Below are positions 47,597-61,310 of a stretch of 64,000 nucleotides of DNA, one piece after another. The notes under the pieces were generated by a model, which ran no database searches, was not told the DNA's origin, and worked only from the letters and a program-made list of their open reading frames with translations. Location of the stretch: assembly GCA_043228905.1 (NCBI GenBank), contig JBHGNT010000013.1:13392001-13456000 (forward strand), in the 5' to 3' direction. Each line of letters starts with the position of its first letter. The first letter of the stretch is position 1. The position numbers and the translations under genes were made by a program. Source of the DNA: Azolla caroliniana. Its lineage: Eukaryota; Plantae; Polypodiophyta.

Positions 47597-49212
47597 GAAC
47601 ACTTAACCTTACCATTCGGAAAGTTTACCTTATTTACTTACATTTAAAAAATCCACAGGTTAAGGATGATCCCATTAGGATTATGTGATCTAAAGCATCT
47701 TGTTTGAGGTCTTGTTGATTAAAACCTTAGATTTCAAATTTTCAATCACATATAGTTTTTTTGGTTCAATTGTAGTAGTTTTCATCCCATTTATTTGTAG
47801 TGTATTTGTTGTTTTAGTGTTTAGTATTTTGGTGTTCCATATGTTGTAATTATGGTCTAATTTTAAGTCCCCAACTACTTTCTTTGTAGTTTATTGATTG
47901 GTTTACTTTTCCGTGTTCTATGTATTGTAATCCAATTGTATTTGACTTTCATCTTATTTATTTTTGTAGTCTAACTGATTATTTTACTTTGCAACCCAAA
48001 GTTGTTATGATGGAAGAGTCATGGTATGGTGTCTTCAATGTCTTCATTTCTCTCTAGATTGAATAAGACGATAAATGTCTTTACAAATAATGTCACCCTC
48101 TTTCTATATATCTCATTGAAGATATCATATTTGTGTGCTGTGAAGCACAATTCATCCTTATTGTGGCTCTTGTTGGCAAATATCCTAAGGAATTTGGGTC
48201 GCAAAAATGATCCAATCATGTAGAACTATTAAGAGGAGCTATAAATTATCAGCATTTGCAAACATAAAAGTGCCATCCTAAATTACGATGATCTTCTAAC
48301 GAGAAACCGCAAATTAGCTGATGTTAAAATTTGTTTCAACTCTTTTACGGGTTTGAATTTTAATCCAAGAATTAGTACTCTCTTCTAGATGCTCTCTCGA
48401 TGAACATTTGTGACTCAAAATTATTAAGGTTAAGATACAATCATTAAATTAAAAGTGGTCAGCGCATCTTTTTAAGTTCTCCCTAAAAACAGGGGGCCTC
48501 TATTTAATGTACTTTTCTCTTCTATGAAGTAACAATTTGCATATTTCATTCTATTATCTTCTGAGTAGATATGAGATCTCCTATTTTCAAACAAATTCAA
48601 TGGTGATTTGCAAATACGTTTATAAACAATCAAGCATGTAATATTGAATCTAAGTCTTTCTTACTGATGGGAAATAGGTATGGAAAGGATCTGAAACTTG
48701 AACTTCACAATATTTTAGTGCCGATAATGTTATATTAACATTGACAAAGAGCAACACAACCCAAGAATGAGAAAATATGTTAGCATCTACTTGAGGCTGA
48801 ACCGAACCTAGAGAGAAATCATGATTACAAATATAAAAGAGAGGAATCGCCATATGGCATTTTGGTTGAGCTACGTACTTAGCCCTCATCAAAGTCCTTT
48901 CTCAACTAATATTGTTACAACTGTTTATGTATCACAAAGCTTGAATTACAAATGCCAACAATGCATTGTTGTTTTATATTACATAGAAAAGTCTCTTAGA
49001 AGACCTTTCTTTCCCTTTTCCCATAGGCATTCATGATAAAGATAACTCTTATGCACTTCTGTATCTTTATTTGCAAGCATTACATCTCTCATATTTTACT
49101 CGCAAGGATAAAGGCATATACAATATACCACATACTTATGAAACCTCAAAGATTTCGAAGTGTCAACACTTCACCGGTGATTTGTTACATGAGTCCATTT
49201 CGCTCCTTTCAG

Positions 49213-52200
49213 TCACTTTATTGCATCTTTTAACATGACATTATCTGCATAGATATTATGCATGCACACATAAGTTCCAACATCTTTTTCATCCAATAAC
49301 AATGCATATTCAAAAGCATGTCTTCCGAGCTCAACTTCGCCCCATTTGGAGCAGCCACCTAAGATAGAATGCCAAACAACAAGATCAGGTGAGAATGGGA
49401 TATCCTTGATCATTGTAATTGCTGAATATACTTGTCCTGCTCGACAAAGAGCATCAACAATGCACGTGTAATGCTCAAGATCTGCTTTAATCCCATACTC
49501 TTTGCTCATCGATTTCATGTACAATTGCGCCTTATCCACCAAACCAGCATGGCTGCATACATTCAGAAGATTCTGGAATGTAATCAGATTTGGCTTCTCA
49601 CCTTCTTCTTTCATCTTTTCAAAGGTTTTGAAAACATTCTCACATTCACCTAGTTGAGTATATCCTCCAATAAGTGCATTCCATGTAACAACTGTTCGAA
49701 CTTCCAGCTTTTCAAATAATCGGCATGCTGTTTTCAAGAAGCCATTTTTACAATATAATTCAACTAATGCAGTTCCCAGGGCAACATCCCTCTCTAGCCC
49801 CTTCTTGGTGATCTCCATATGCATATCTTGGCCTTTTTCCATAGCCCCTATATTGCCATAGGCTTTTAATATATAAACAAAGGTAATAGCATCTGGAGGA
49901 ATGCCATCTGTTAGCATTTGGTTGAAACACTCAAAAACAGCTTCAGAAGATCCGTGTTCAGCATATCCACCAATTAATGCATTCCAAGAGATTATATTTC
50001 TCTTAGTAAGCTTATCAAACACATATTGTGCCTCTTCAAGCAAACCACATTTTGCATACATATCAACCAAGCTGCTACTGACCAACATATCTCTATCAAA
50101 GCACATGTTGCAGATTTCTCCATGTAGTTGACGGGCCTTTCCTGCATTTCCTAAGGCACCACAAGCTTTCAAGATATAAACAAAGGCCAACGGATCTGGA
50201 GAAATGCCTTCAAGCTTCATTTTCTCAAAAGAATCCAATGCATTTAAACTATAGCCATGCTCGGCATACCCTGCAATTAAGGCTGTCCACAACATTACAT
50301 TACGATCCTGAAAATTCTCGAACACATGTTGTGCTTTTGCGAGCAATCCATTTTGCACATACATATCCACTAACGCTGTGGCTACTGCAATACTTTCTAT
50401 TTTCCCACTTTTGTCGATCTGTGCATGTATTTCTTTAGCTTTTTCCATGGCTCCTATCTTGCTATAAGCTTTCAATATGCCCACAAAAGTGATACTATCC
50501 GGAGAAACACCTTCCAATTGCATTTGTTCAAATGCTTGGCATGCTTCAACACCACGTTCATTTTCAATAAATCCTGTAATTAGCGTATTCCATGCGACTC
50601 TGTCTCTAACAGGCAATTTGTGAAACACTTCTTGTGCTTTCTCAATAAAACCACATTGAGCATACATGTGAAGCAATGAACTACCTATAAACACGTTGGT
50701 TTCCAACAAGCTCTTACTGGCTATTTCGGAATGTATTTCGCACCCTCTTTTTGAGTCTTTAAGGTTAGCACATGCTTTAAGCAATGCCACATAAGTATAC
50801 ATACTAGGCTTTAAGGAATCATCCTTCTTCATTTCATGATACAATAAGAGAGCTCGATGTGGCTCTCCATGTTTGGCATAACCTGAAATAAGAGAATTCC
50901 ATGAACATTCATTCCTATAGAATAACTTGTCGAATAATTGTTGGGCTTCTTGAATTCGTCCGACTTCAACAAGAAGTGATACAAGTAGGTTTCCAAGTGA
51001 TATATGATTTTCAAGACCCATATTGTGCATATGAGCATGTAACCACAGCGAGGGAAGCAAAAGTCTTTGATTTGTACATTTGTTCAAGAGGGACGCCATA
51101 ATATCAATTGATGGCACTCTTTCTCCAAAAGAACTAAGTGTCTCCTCCACTGAGGCTTGTGTTTCCTCATCACTATAACTGCTAGCTATTTCCCTTTTAT
51201 GTCCCTGATTGGTACATTCTAAACTATAATCCAATCAGAGTACATTGAAATTCTAAAACAAGTGAAAATGAAAATATACCAAAGCATCAAATTCATTGGT
51301 CAGCTAATCCCGAAACTCTCTATTGGTACATTGTAAACTATAATCCAATAAGAGTTCATGGAAATTCTAAAACAAGTAAAAATGAGAACGAAAGTATTAC
51401 CAAATCATCAAACTTGTTAGCAAGCTAATCTCAAAACCATCTATTTGTACATTCTAGATTCTAACGGAGCACATTGCAATTCTAAACAAGTAAAAGTGAG
51501 CGTTTGAGTACCAATCACCAAATTCTATAGCGAGCTAATCCCAAAAACCCCTTGATTCTAAAGTTTCTATTAGAGGATATATGAATTCCAAAAACAAAGT
51601 AAAATGAAAACTAGAGCACCAATCGAGTTTATTAGTGATGCAACACTGATTGGTACATTCTAAACTCTAATCTTACCAGCGCTCATAGGAACTCCAAAAA
51701 CAGAGTAAAGTTAGTAGTAGGATACCGATTGAGTTCATTGCTGGGATAGCCCTAAAGAAACCCTGATTTGTACATTGTAAACAATAATCCAGCCAGAGAA
51801 ATAGAAATTCTACAACAAGTACTAAATCGTCAGGTTCACAAATGATGATGGAAGCTGGATCCATCATTTACCGTTCAGAAATGAAAAGGTAAAACCCAAA
51901 ACCCTCAGTATAAATAGATTAAAACAACGTATTGAGAGCTTACCTCAAGAAGCCTATCTTGAAGCCAGATTGGGTTGAAACGATTATCTATCCACAGCCT
52001 TTCTTTGCGAATTTTATGTCTGAAATCTGGGGCTTTAGGGTTTGTCTGTTTAAATAAGAAACAGAGGAATTAACTCAAACATTTCCAAATAATAAGTAAT
52101 AATAGATAAATGACTATTATCTTCTTCATCTACTACTATTGCTACAACTACAAAGGAATGAAACGGATATAAGAAATCATGACGACATGGACAGATGAAA

Positions 52201-52322
52201 GGAGACGAATAGGAATCAATGAAGGAACTTACTTTCCTCTTCCTGATATCCCACCATTGGGAAGGATGAGAGAAGTAATCGAGCCAGAGATCAGCAACAT
52301 GCTCTGCAGATTGAGAGGGCAT
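49213..52322 (-). CDS. PLS-class PPR protein (ends within the E region, no DYW) with predicted N-terminal OSB-type PDF motif, ~727 aa
   Basis: Main exon 51204-49213 has repeated P/L/S motifs (SWNSLISGYAKHG, SLVDMYAKCGLLEEA) and E motif PDLVVWHSILGGC. Upstream exons 52322-52233 and 52045-51944 have GT-AG borders and are all phase 0. The PPR part is certain; the exon linkage is predicted. Confidence 0.85.
51205..51830. repeat. Degenerate ~95-120-bp tandem repeat (~6 copies) in the PPR gene intron
   Basis: ctgattggtacattctaaactataatcc..aaattctaaaacaagt recurs at 51205, 51320, 51441, ~51551, 51646 and 51763. Confidence 0.75.
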
Positions 52323-52363
52323 TCCTCCAAAAGACCTCAGAAAATTACGAGTGATAATCCCCC

Positions 52364-52443
<80 letters not shown>

Positions 52444-52454
52444 TTAAAGAATGA

Positions 52455-52878
52455 TCAATTGATGGAATGAATGGATATCTTAGGTTAATGGAATGGATAT
52501 CTAGTACAAGTTAAGGGATAAAGTTTATGTATGTATTGTAATTCACGATTTGGCCATTTCTGTATAATGAATATATTATGATTAATTGATGGAATGAATG
52601 GATATCTTAAGTTAATGGAATGAATGGATATCTAGTAAGTAAATTAAGGGATAAAGTTTATGTATTGTAATTCGCAATTTGGCCATTTCTGTATAATGAA
52701 TGTATTATGGAACCCTTGAGTCATGCGTAACATACTATGTAATCTTGAATGTATTATGAATGGATATCTTGAGTTAATGGAATGAATGGATATCTAGTAA
52801 GTAAGTTAAGGGATAAAGTTTATATATTGTAATTCGCAATTTGGCCATTTCTGTATAATGAATGTATTATGGAACCCA
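52455..52878. repeat. Tandem repeat, ~125-165-bp unit, 3 copies, upstream of the PPR gene
   Basis: gaatggatatct..ttaagggataaagttta..ttggccatttctgtataatgaat occurs three times. Confidence 0.85.
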
Positions 52879-52899
52879 TGATATTATATTACTTGCGAT

Positions 52900-53765
52900 T
52901 GTTGTCAGGGACAAAGAAGGCTTTGCATTCTGTCTTGCAATGTCTTCGATATTTTGTTGCGGATGAGGGATAAGAAGAGTAATCACATGAGTTGCGTGGA
53001 ATCATCTAGCAACCCCTCAGCACTTTCGTAGATTTTCATTAATGCAGGAGATGTGTTCAAGCTCACAACCATGTATATCTATTGTTCAATATTTCGTCGG
53101 GAAAAAAGATCTAATAAAGGGGAGGGTAACGATTATGGCTTCGTGGTGGCAATTACTAAACGAATGTATTTCACGTAGGATTCCTTGCTCTTCAACACTT
53201 AGTTGTCTCATGGCAAGACGCGCTCTCCTTATTTGTTTGGAAACCATCATCTAGTACGTAGCATTGTAATTCTTTGCAAAATGAGTTACTTGGCATGTCT
53301 TGTCTGTTATTATGTTGGCCTCTCGAAAGGATAGAAGGAATAATAGGGGCATGCACTATCATGAGTCATGACCTTGACAACCAATGAATGGAGAGTCTTT
53401 TAAGAAGGCACATCCATTCAAGGGGCCTAGGAAGAAGTATAAATATGAGGCATAACTACCCTCACAAGACATATTATGTTGGAAGATTGTCATCTTAAGA
53501 CATCGGTGGTGTAGGCTAGCCTTTCGTCGTGACGATCTTGTTATTACTCATCCTAATATCCGTCAGTATGGGATGTTCGTGGTAGGTTGTTATGTCTTGA
53601 TCATAGTTCGGGGGTGGTCAGGTGGAACAAGTTCTTCTATCCAATCTATTTACCTTTATTTTTGTCTATTGATTAGTAATATACTCTTAACACTTGTCTA
53701 TTTGCAATTCAACATATTGCACTACCTGTGTAGTTAGTGGGTGACCATACTCCATCGTGACACCA
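52900..53765 (+). mobile_element. Possible old solo LTR
   Basis: TGTTGTCA...TGACACCA imperfect inverted ends and internal TATAAATA; no clean TSD. Confidence 0.35.
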
Positions 53766-54954
53766 TTGTAAATTTAGTGTTTTTCACATACATGTATTAA
53801 TAATATTATTGTGTGTTTTCACCAGAGAGAGAGAGAGAGACAGAGAGGAACATTTGAAAATTTAGGTTCTACCCCTCTGTGAAGAATTGGGGTTTCTACC
53901 CTTTGCGACCTCGGAAATACCTCTCGTTGGTCGGGTTCATCGTTCACATGTGCTTTGCCGCATGGATGCTACAATCGCATCCTGGCGGCTCTCGAGGGTG
54001 TAAATGGTTGTCTTCATAGTCAATATGGACCAAGATGTCTAGGGGAGAGAGCTCGGTTCTAGACTAACGCCATGTGACACCTTTAGAAATACTCAAATCT
54101 TATCTCCCACACAATCATGAAGACCTCATCGGGTTTATCATTCACCTATGTTGTCCACATGGATCGTGTGTTACTCCCTCCTGGAGAACAACTTCAATTA
54201 CTCCTCCTGAGTAATCGGGTCAAGGAATGTGGTGCGTAGAGACATAAATCCCGAGTCTAATCAGAGTGTTTCGATGGCGAGCAGTTCACTCTACAAAATC
54301 AGCTACAACAGATTCATACACTTAATTGCACAGACCGAAACGTAATTAGATAAATAGTTGATTGGGGTAGACACAATGCTTGCCCACAAAAGTATAATTC
54401 TTCGATTATAAGAGCATACAATACAATACATTACAGTACCGAGTAAAATTGGTATAACTCTCACTCACTCGTTTCTAATCTGAGCTTAGTGCTCTAAGTG
54501 ATCTAATCTCTCTAGGCTATGATCTGTCTAGTTCCTCCTTTGATCCCCTTATGTGTTCGCCACTTCTTGATTATATAGCTTTCCCTTTTGCTCGACGCTT
54601 TCCCAACTACTCCTCCTTGATATTCGGCTTCTACCTTCGGCTATTTGTATTCGGCTTCCTTTGGTCCTTCCACATTTGTCCTCGCGTCCTTTTCATACTT
54701 GTCCTTCGCGATCCTTTCACACTTTGGCCCTTCTATCCCACCGGGTAACATCGTGGCAACATTGTTGCATCCTAAGGCTCTCTTGGTGTAAATGGTCATC
54801 ATTATAGCATGTAGATCACAATGTCCATCATTGGGAGCTCGATGCTACACTATCGACAACTCGAGTAATTTGCATGCAAATATGCACATATATTGCTCAA
54901 GTTACTATGTGCCCCAACCTTCCACACATGTGCACACTAGACACAATCTACACA

Positions 54955-55003
<49 letters not shown>

Positions 55004-56270
55004 TTCTCTATGGACTCCATTCCAACAAGACATTGCCCTTTGTTCAAAACATAATTGAAACACATCAAAAAAATTGCATTGGAATTGGCTTGTTGAATCC
55101 AACATTGAAATCTTTCTCATGTTGTATATTCAACGATAATTGATCCTTTCATGTATACCCTTTCTCATATTCCCCCAATATCTAGATAAATGCATCCCTA
55201 AAGGTGTATTTCATTCATGAATCAAAACCAAAGTATGATCCATAACTCCATGCTTATTGATTATTTATGTGTTTGAAAATAACTCTAGTTTCTACTTATA
55301 TTCATAAAATTCACTATTCTCATTATCCCATTCCTCTCGTTTGATCATCTACAAATAAAATCCATATATAATTTCCTCTTCAAGACTTGCTTCAGCTCAA
55401 CCACTTGATTTTAGCAACACCTTGACATCCCACTCCATTGTTGCACATCAAGAAAAATCATGTCAACAATTTATGTGACGTATGTTCATCAACACGTCAA
55501 ATGTAATGAATTTCCCCATTTTTTCAAGAGTCGACCCAAGGGCCAACATAATCATACAATGCTCGTAAAAGCAAAATGAAACCATAATCTAAAACATGTA
55601 GAGCAACATTGTGCACAAAGTGGATATGATTGTGTCGGACATGCAATTATTAAACGTTCAACCATGGGGAATAGGGGTGTCCTAAAACCTAAACCTTAAT
55701 CTATTGTAAAAGAAAGTTGTGATAGTTCTTTATTGATGAGCTTGTATGGTTGTTGTTGTTGTCTTGGAACCACCTCTCCCTATGTCTCTTCAGTTCTAGC
55801 AAGAAAAGCCCCAAGCATTGTTGGTCCTCATTTTCCATTACCTTACAAAGTGGGCCAAGACCTTGCTTAAAGAGACAATGATATCTCCCTCTTATTTCAT
55901 AGAAAAATACAACGACCAACATAGTGTTCTTCACATTCCACCCCCTGATGATACTATAGGCAAATTCTTTCTTCTAGAGATATTCGTGGATATATGCCTA
56001 CCTCAATCTCTAACTAATGGGAAGAAGTTCGCACCTACCTTATCATACTACCCAACACATGGGATAGACGTACATATGTCCATATTAGAGGGCTTGATGT
56101 GAATCGATTATCCGTCGTTTGTTAAAAGTGTCTTATAGTAGGGCATCTTCCTACCAACAAATTTTATGGGGCTGATCCATGCTATTTTGTTTTCCAAGCT
56201 GATAATAACAATTCGGGAGGGCTCTATTGTTTTCCACTTTGGTCATATTCAGATGGGGAGCCAATCCAAG

Positions 56271-56306
<36 letters not shown>

Positions 56307-56817
56307 ATATATATATATATATATCTATATATATATCTTGGAGCGAGGGCAACACATTTATGTTGATGCCATGTTGGGTCATCACTCAAACCATTGTTGG
56401 GTTTTCAGCAATACCGATAACGAACATCTCCATATTCTTCTTCAGCAAGCTATTATGATGACGTGACGTAAACACGCGAACCTTGAGCACCTTCGATTGG
56501 GGAGCTCGCAGAGCCATTGGACACTTGGACACCTGATCTCTCACATATGCGCATAGATTAATTATATATCATGGCGCGGATTAATTATATCATGGGGAAA
56601 AAAAAAGAACCATTGAGACATAACATATATGTACTCTCTCTAAAATCTTTCAAAGTAAATAATTGCCTTGTCCTTAACATATATACATATACTAAAGATC
56701 TCTCTAAAGTAGTTCAACTAATAATAAAACAGACCTTCTCTTCTTCTTCTTCTGCTTCTTACTCCTCTTCGTCTGTTTCTATTTGTTTTGTACCTCTGTG
56801 TATTGTTTCATCTTCCA

Positions 56818-59800
56818 ATGGCTTCTTCTTCTTCTTCTTCTTCTTCCTCCTCCTCCTCTCCTTTCAAGGAATCTTTGCTCCAAGGACAGGTAGCTCTGAT
56901 CACTGGCGGAGCCACAGGTATCGGATTCGAGATGGCCACGCAGTTTTGTAAGCACGGTGCCTCCGTCGCTCTCATGGGACGCCGCCAACACGTCCTGCAT
57001 GAAGCCGTCGCTTCCCTCCGAGACTCAGGATTCAAGGTTCTTATCTCTCATTTCCAATGCTCTCATTTTGTGCTCTATATATCTCATGGCTTTCTTCTCT
57101 CCATTGTTGAAATGGTTGAAAAGATCTTTGCTTTTCGTATGGACATGTATTTGCATGCATATGTTTGTATGTATAGTCTGATGCATCTTCACTGTAAATA
57201 TGGTGGATGGATTTTTCCTTAAAAAGGATATTATTTATGTATCATTTATGGGTTCTTAGTTTTAGGTTCATAGTGAATGAGACTTGGTATTATGGATGAT
57301 GATGATTTCCTTTTGTTTTCATGTTTTTGACTTCCCATTTCCTCTATATAAAACATAATGATTGTTGTCAGTTCTCATATTCTTAACTAAACACCTCTGG
57401 ATCCTGCTACGTTACTGGCCCATTTAACACAAAAGATTTGGACTTGTCAATCTACATAAGCAACAAAATAAGTAAGTAGAAAACATAACGAATGGTTTGC
57501 AGAGTTTAATTATATAAAGCCATTTATCATATGTGATATGCTCAACCCATGAAAGCAAATTTAGATCACAACTGCTGAAGTTGGGAACGATAAGCCAAAG
57601 ACCAGTTTGAATGGTACATTTGGATTTTTTATCACAAACTACAATGAAAACACAATCATTGGCAGACACATTACTGCTATCATTTTCATCAATGATTTTC
57701 ATGGTTGAATGGAATGAATCTAAATCATGAGGAATAAAAATTGGTCTGACCATTCAGCGTTATCATTTTTATCCATGATTATAAGGAACCAGAATAGAAC
57801 AATAATTGGTGTGGCCAATCCAGCTCACCTCTATATGTGTTCTCTATATTCATTTATTTCATTTCCATCTCTTTCGTGGTGTTAATATGTTTACTGCAGT
57901 TTCTAAGAGTTCTCTCTAAATTTGTAAGCACTTTATCAAGATTCTTTTATGATTTGACATTGATGGTTATTTCATGCAAGACTTTTTACATCAAGCCATT
58001 AAACTTATGAATTTAAACTTTAAATAGACACATTTTCTTGCACTCAGATACTAGTTTTCAGTTTTTTGGAGTTTTAAACTAGCGATTCCAGTCACAATCT
58101 TGAACTTATCTCTGAACTTTATGCATATACAGGCAGTTGGATTTCAAGGAGATGTGAGAAGCAAAGAAGATGCACAACGGGTAGTTGAATTGACTGTTCA
58201 AGAATTTGGGAGGTTAGATATTCTTGTAAATAATGCTGCTGGGAACTTTCTCGTGCCTGCGGAAGATCTTTCACCGAATGGTTTCCGTACTGGTAGATAT
58301 GTTTATACATGCTCATTAATATGTGTATACATCCATGCATAGAACATAATATTTGTGTTTGTGCAAGCATTCAAACGTTTGGAAATGAACACGTTTGAAA
58401 TGGGAAAAATATGTGCTCCTTTTTATCATTTATTGTCATTACAATTCAGCTCACCCTAGTGGTAAGGAGTCATGCTATTGCTGTCTATGTCTTGGGTTCA
58501 ATTCCCAATTTTCTCATCTCTCTCTCTCTCTCATTAGTACCATTTTTATAGCAAAATTTTATGTTAGTGTTATAATACTTTTTTTCTTTTCTTTTTTTAT
58601 TATTAGAACTAAGCACAACCTAGTGGTAAGTTATGGTTGTTGTGCTACTATTACTTGTGTCTTGGGTTAAATTCCCAACTTTCTCATATCCTCTTGTTAG
58701 TGTGTTAGTGTCATGTTCCTTTTTCTTCTTTTTCTTTCTTTCTTTCTTATTAGAAATTAGGTCACCCTAGTGGTAAGTTGTTATGCTACTACTGCCTATG
58801 TCATGTTTTCTTCATATTCTCAAATATAAGTTTTATGAGTTTTTGATCGTTTCTTTTTTCTTTCTTTGTTATTAGAAATTAGCTCACCCTAGTGGTAAGT
58901 TGTTATGCTACTACTGCCTATGTCATGTTTTCTTCATATTCTCGAATATATGTTTTATGAGTTTTTGAACGTTTGATTATAATTTATAATGACATATTTT
59001 GATTCAATCTCTATAGTTCATACTCATTTTTTTGTAAAGTTCTAAAGTGAGGATGATAGAGATGTCTTGATTCTTAAGAAGCATCCCAAAAGTATGCATG
59101 TGATACAATGCAAATATTGCAACCATACTTATGTTTAGCAATGGGCGCAGTTCGGTTTCGGTTTCTTGGCCTTGAAACCAAACCAAACCATTTATTTATA
59201 TTAAAAACCAAACCAAATTGTTTAAATTTTATGAAGCCATTTAAACCGAACCGTTTAGATCCGAACGGTTTAAACCAAGCCGTTTATGAAAAATTTAGAA
59301 CCAAACCAAATCAGTTTACCATAAATCAAAACCAAACCAAACCTATAAACCTATAAACCTTTAAACCAAACCACATAAGCCGAAATCGTTAAACTACTAA
59401 ACCGTGAAATTCAAACCGAACCAATAAACTGCTAAACCATGAAATTCAAAACCGAACCGAACCGAAACCAAACCGGATCATAATATTTGAAACCAAACCA
59501 AACGGTTTACTTATCTTTGAATCAATAAACCGTTAAGCCATGGCTTAACGGTTCGGTTCGGTTTGAGCCGAAACCATGCCCATTGCTACTTATGTTGGTG
59601 GTTCACAATAGATTAGAGTCCACTTATTGGGATTGAGAGTGAATCAATATATAATATAGACCATAGTCAATCCAACCCAACTTGCCAATCCAATCCAACT
59701 TTGAGATGATTTACCATACACATTTGATTGAATCATTCTCGAATGCGAATGCACGTATGGTTCATTCTATGCATCCATGTATGTATGTGTGTATGTATGC

Positions 59801-61310
59801 ATGCATGGTGTATTTATGTGTATGTATGCATGTATCTATCTATCTATATATATGTTTGCCTTTGTGACTTTTCTTTTGTACGTATTCATATGTGTAAAGT
59901 ATTCATCTATTTCCTGCTTTTCAGTTTTAGACATTGATTCAGTGGGCACATTCACAATGTGCCATGCTGCCCTGCATCATCTGAAAGTTGGAGGCACTGG
60001 AAAAACCAGGAAACATACTGGTCTCATCATTAATATCAGCGCAACACTGCATTATTCTGCGCAATGGTATCAGATCCATGTTTCAGCCGCAAAGGTAATT
60101 TTCTGCGATTCCCTTTGCATAGTTTCCATGATGCATATGCCACATTCAGCGAATCACGAAGCCTTATTAAAACTGAGGTGTTATTTTTTGCCAATCTTAT
60201 GAAATGGAGGGGTTATACTGTCAATATGGAAACCAAGTAGCATCCTGGTAATTATGGAAAAAGGGCAGAATGGTTTTCCTTGGAGAAGAGTAGGACAGAT
60301 GTATCATAAATCATGAAAATGCAGTAAAGAGTGTCATTTGTATGAGTATGTAGAAGGCATAAAACCACATATTGTCATAAATGACTCATGAATTTTCACG
60401 AATGCGCTTCCTAAATTGTAACCCTCATCTCTGTTACAATTTTCCTTTTGATCAATATCAGAAAAAGAATCATGTCCAAAAGCATGACTTTCATACAATG
60501 AATGCATTGATGTGGTTCATTCATATCACATATAAATAGTGATTTAATCAAATACAATCTAGCAAAATCACAATACAATATAAATGAATATTTGTTCAGG
60601 TAGTATGATCATGATGATGTTGTGTAATTTATAGAACAGGCGGCTATTGACAGTATAACAAGATCGCTTGCACTTGAATGGGGAGTTGACTATGGTATTC
60701 GTGTGAATGGCATTGCACCGGGTCCAATCAAAGAGACACCCGGGATGGAAAAACTTGCTCCCAATGAAGCTGATGTGTTTGGTCGCTATGCTGAAGCCAA
60801 GAACAATTGGGGTGAAAAGTGGGATATTGCAATGGCTGCAGTTTTCTTGGCCTCAGATGCTGGTAATCAATTATGCTTCCCAGCATAACCTTGTTCTTTC
60901 TTCCTTCTTATTTTTTATCAAATTATCGACTACACAATCATAGGTAATCATAAGATATTGAGGCCATCCCACAATTGAAGTAACAAAGATAGTATATTTT
61001 TGTTCAATATAGTTGAGTACATATAAAAATATAAATGGTTATATCACTCATGTATTTGAACCCAAGATCTCAGCAACTAAAGGTTAACATTTAACCATTT
61101 AACCATGTTGATTTTTTCTTCATTTAGCTCAGCGTTATGGAACTTCTAACAAATTTTTTATTCTCTATTTTAGCTAGGCATATCAACGGGGTCGTAGTTC
61201 CAGTCGATGGTGGAAGCTGGCTCCACAAGCCTCCTATTGTTCCTAAAGAGACAATAAGAGCGATTTCACGAGCTGTGGAGGCTAGATCAAGAACTAAAAG
61301 CAAACTGTAG
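56818..61310 (+). CDS. SDRB: Peroxisomal 2,4-dienoyl-CoA reductase (SDR family)
   Basis: Exons 56818-57036, 58133-58292, 59925-60094, 60640-60862, 61174-61310. Motifs ALITGGATGIG, LDILVNNAAGNF, IINISATLHY, QIHVSAAKAAID, RVNGIAPGPI; C-terminal PTS1 SKL*. Confidence 0.95.
59136..59588. mobile_element. hAT-type MITE (453 bp) in intron 2 of the reductase gene
   Basis: 11-bp TIR TAGCAATGGGC/GCCCATTGCTA, 8-bp TSD CTTATGTT (59128-59135, 59589-59596), dense AAACC(G/A) subterminal repeats. Confidence 0.92.

Noticed and set aside
48600-49213. Downstream DYW deaminase exon for the PPR gene
   Set aside because: No PG box, HSE or CxxC motif was seen after the stop codon
55200-56200. Possible LINE remnant on the minus strand
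   Set aside because: Only vague similarity, with no diagnostic motif readable by eye
56821-56862. N-terminal poly-Ser of the reductase as a plastid transit peptide
   Set aside because: A short (TCT/TCC)n tract without basic residues; the C-terminal SKL already explains targeting
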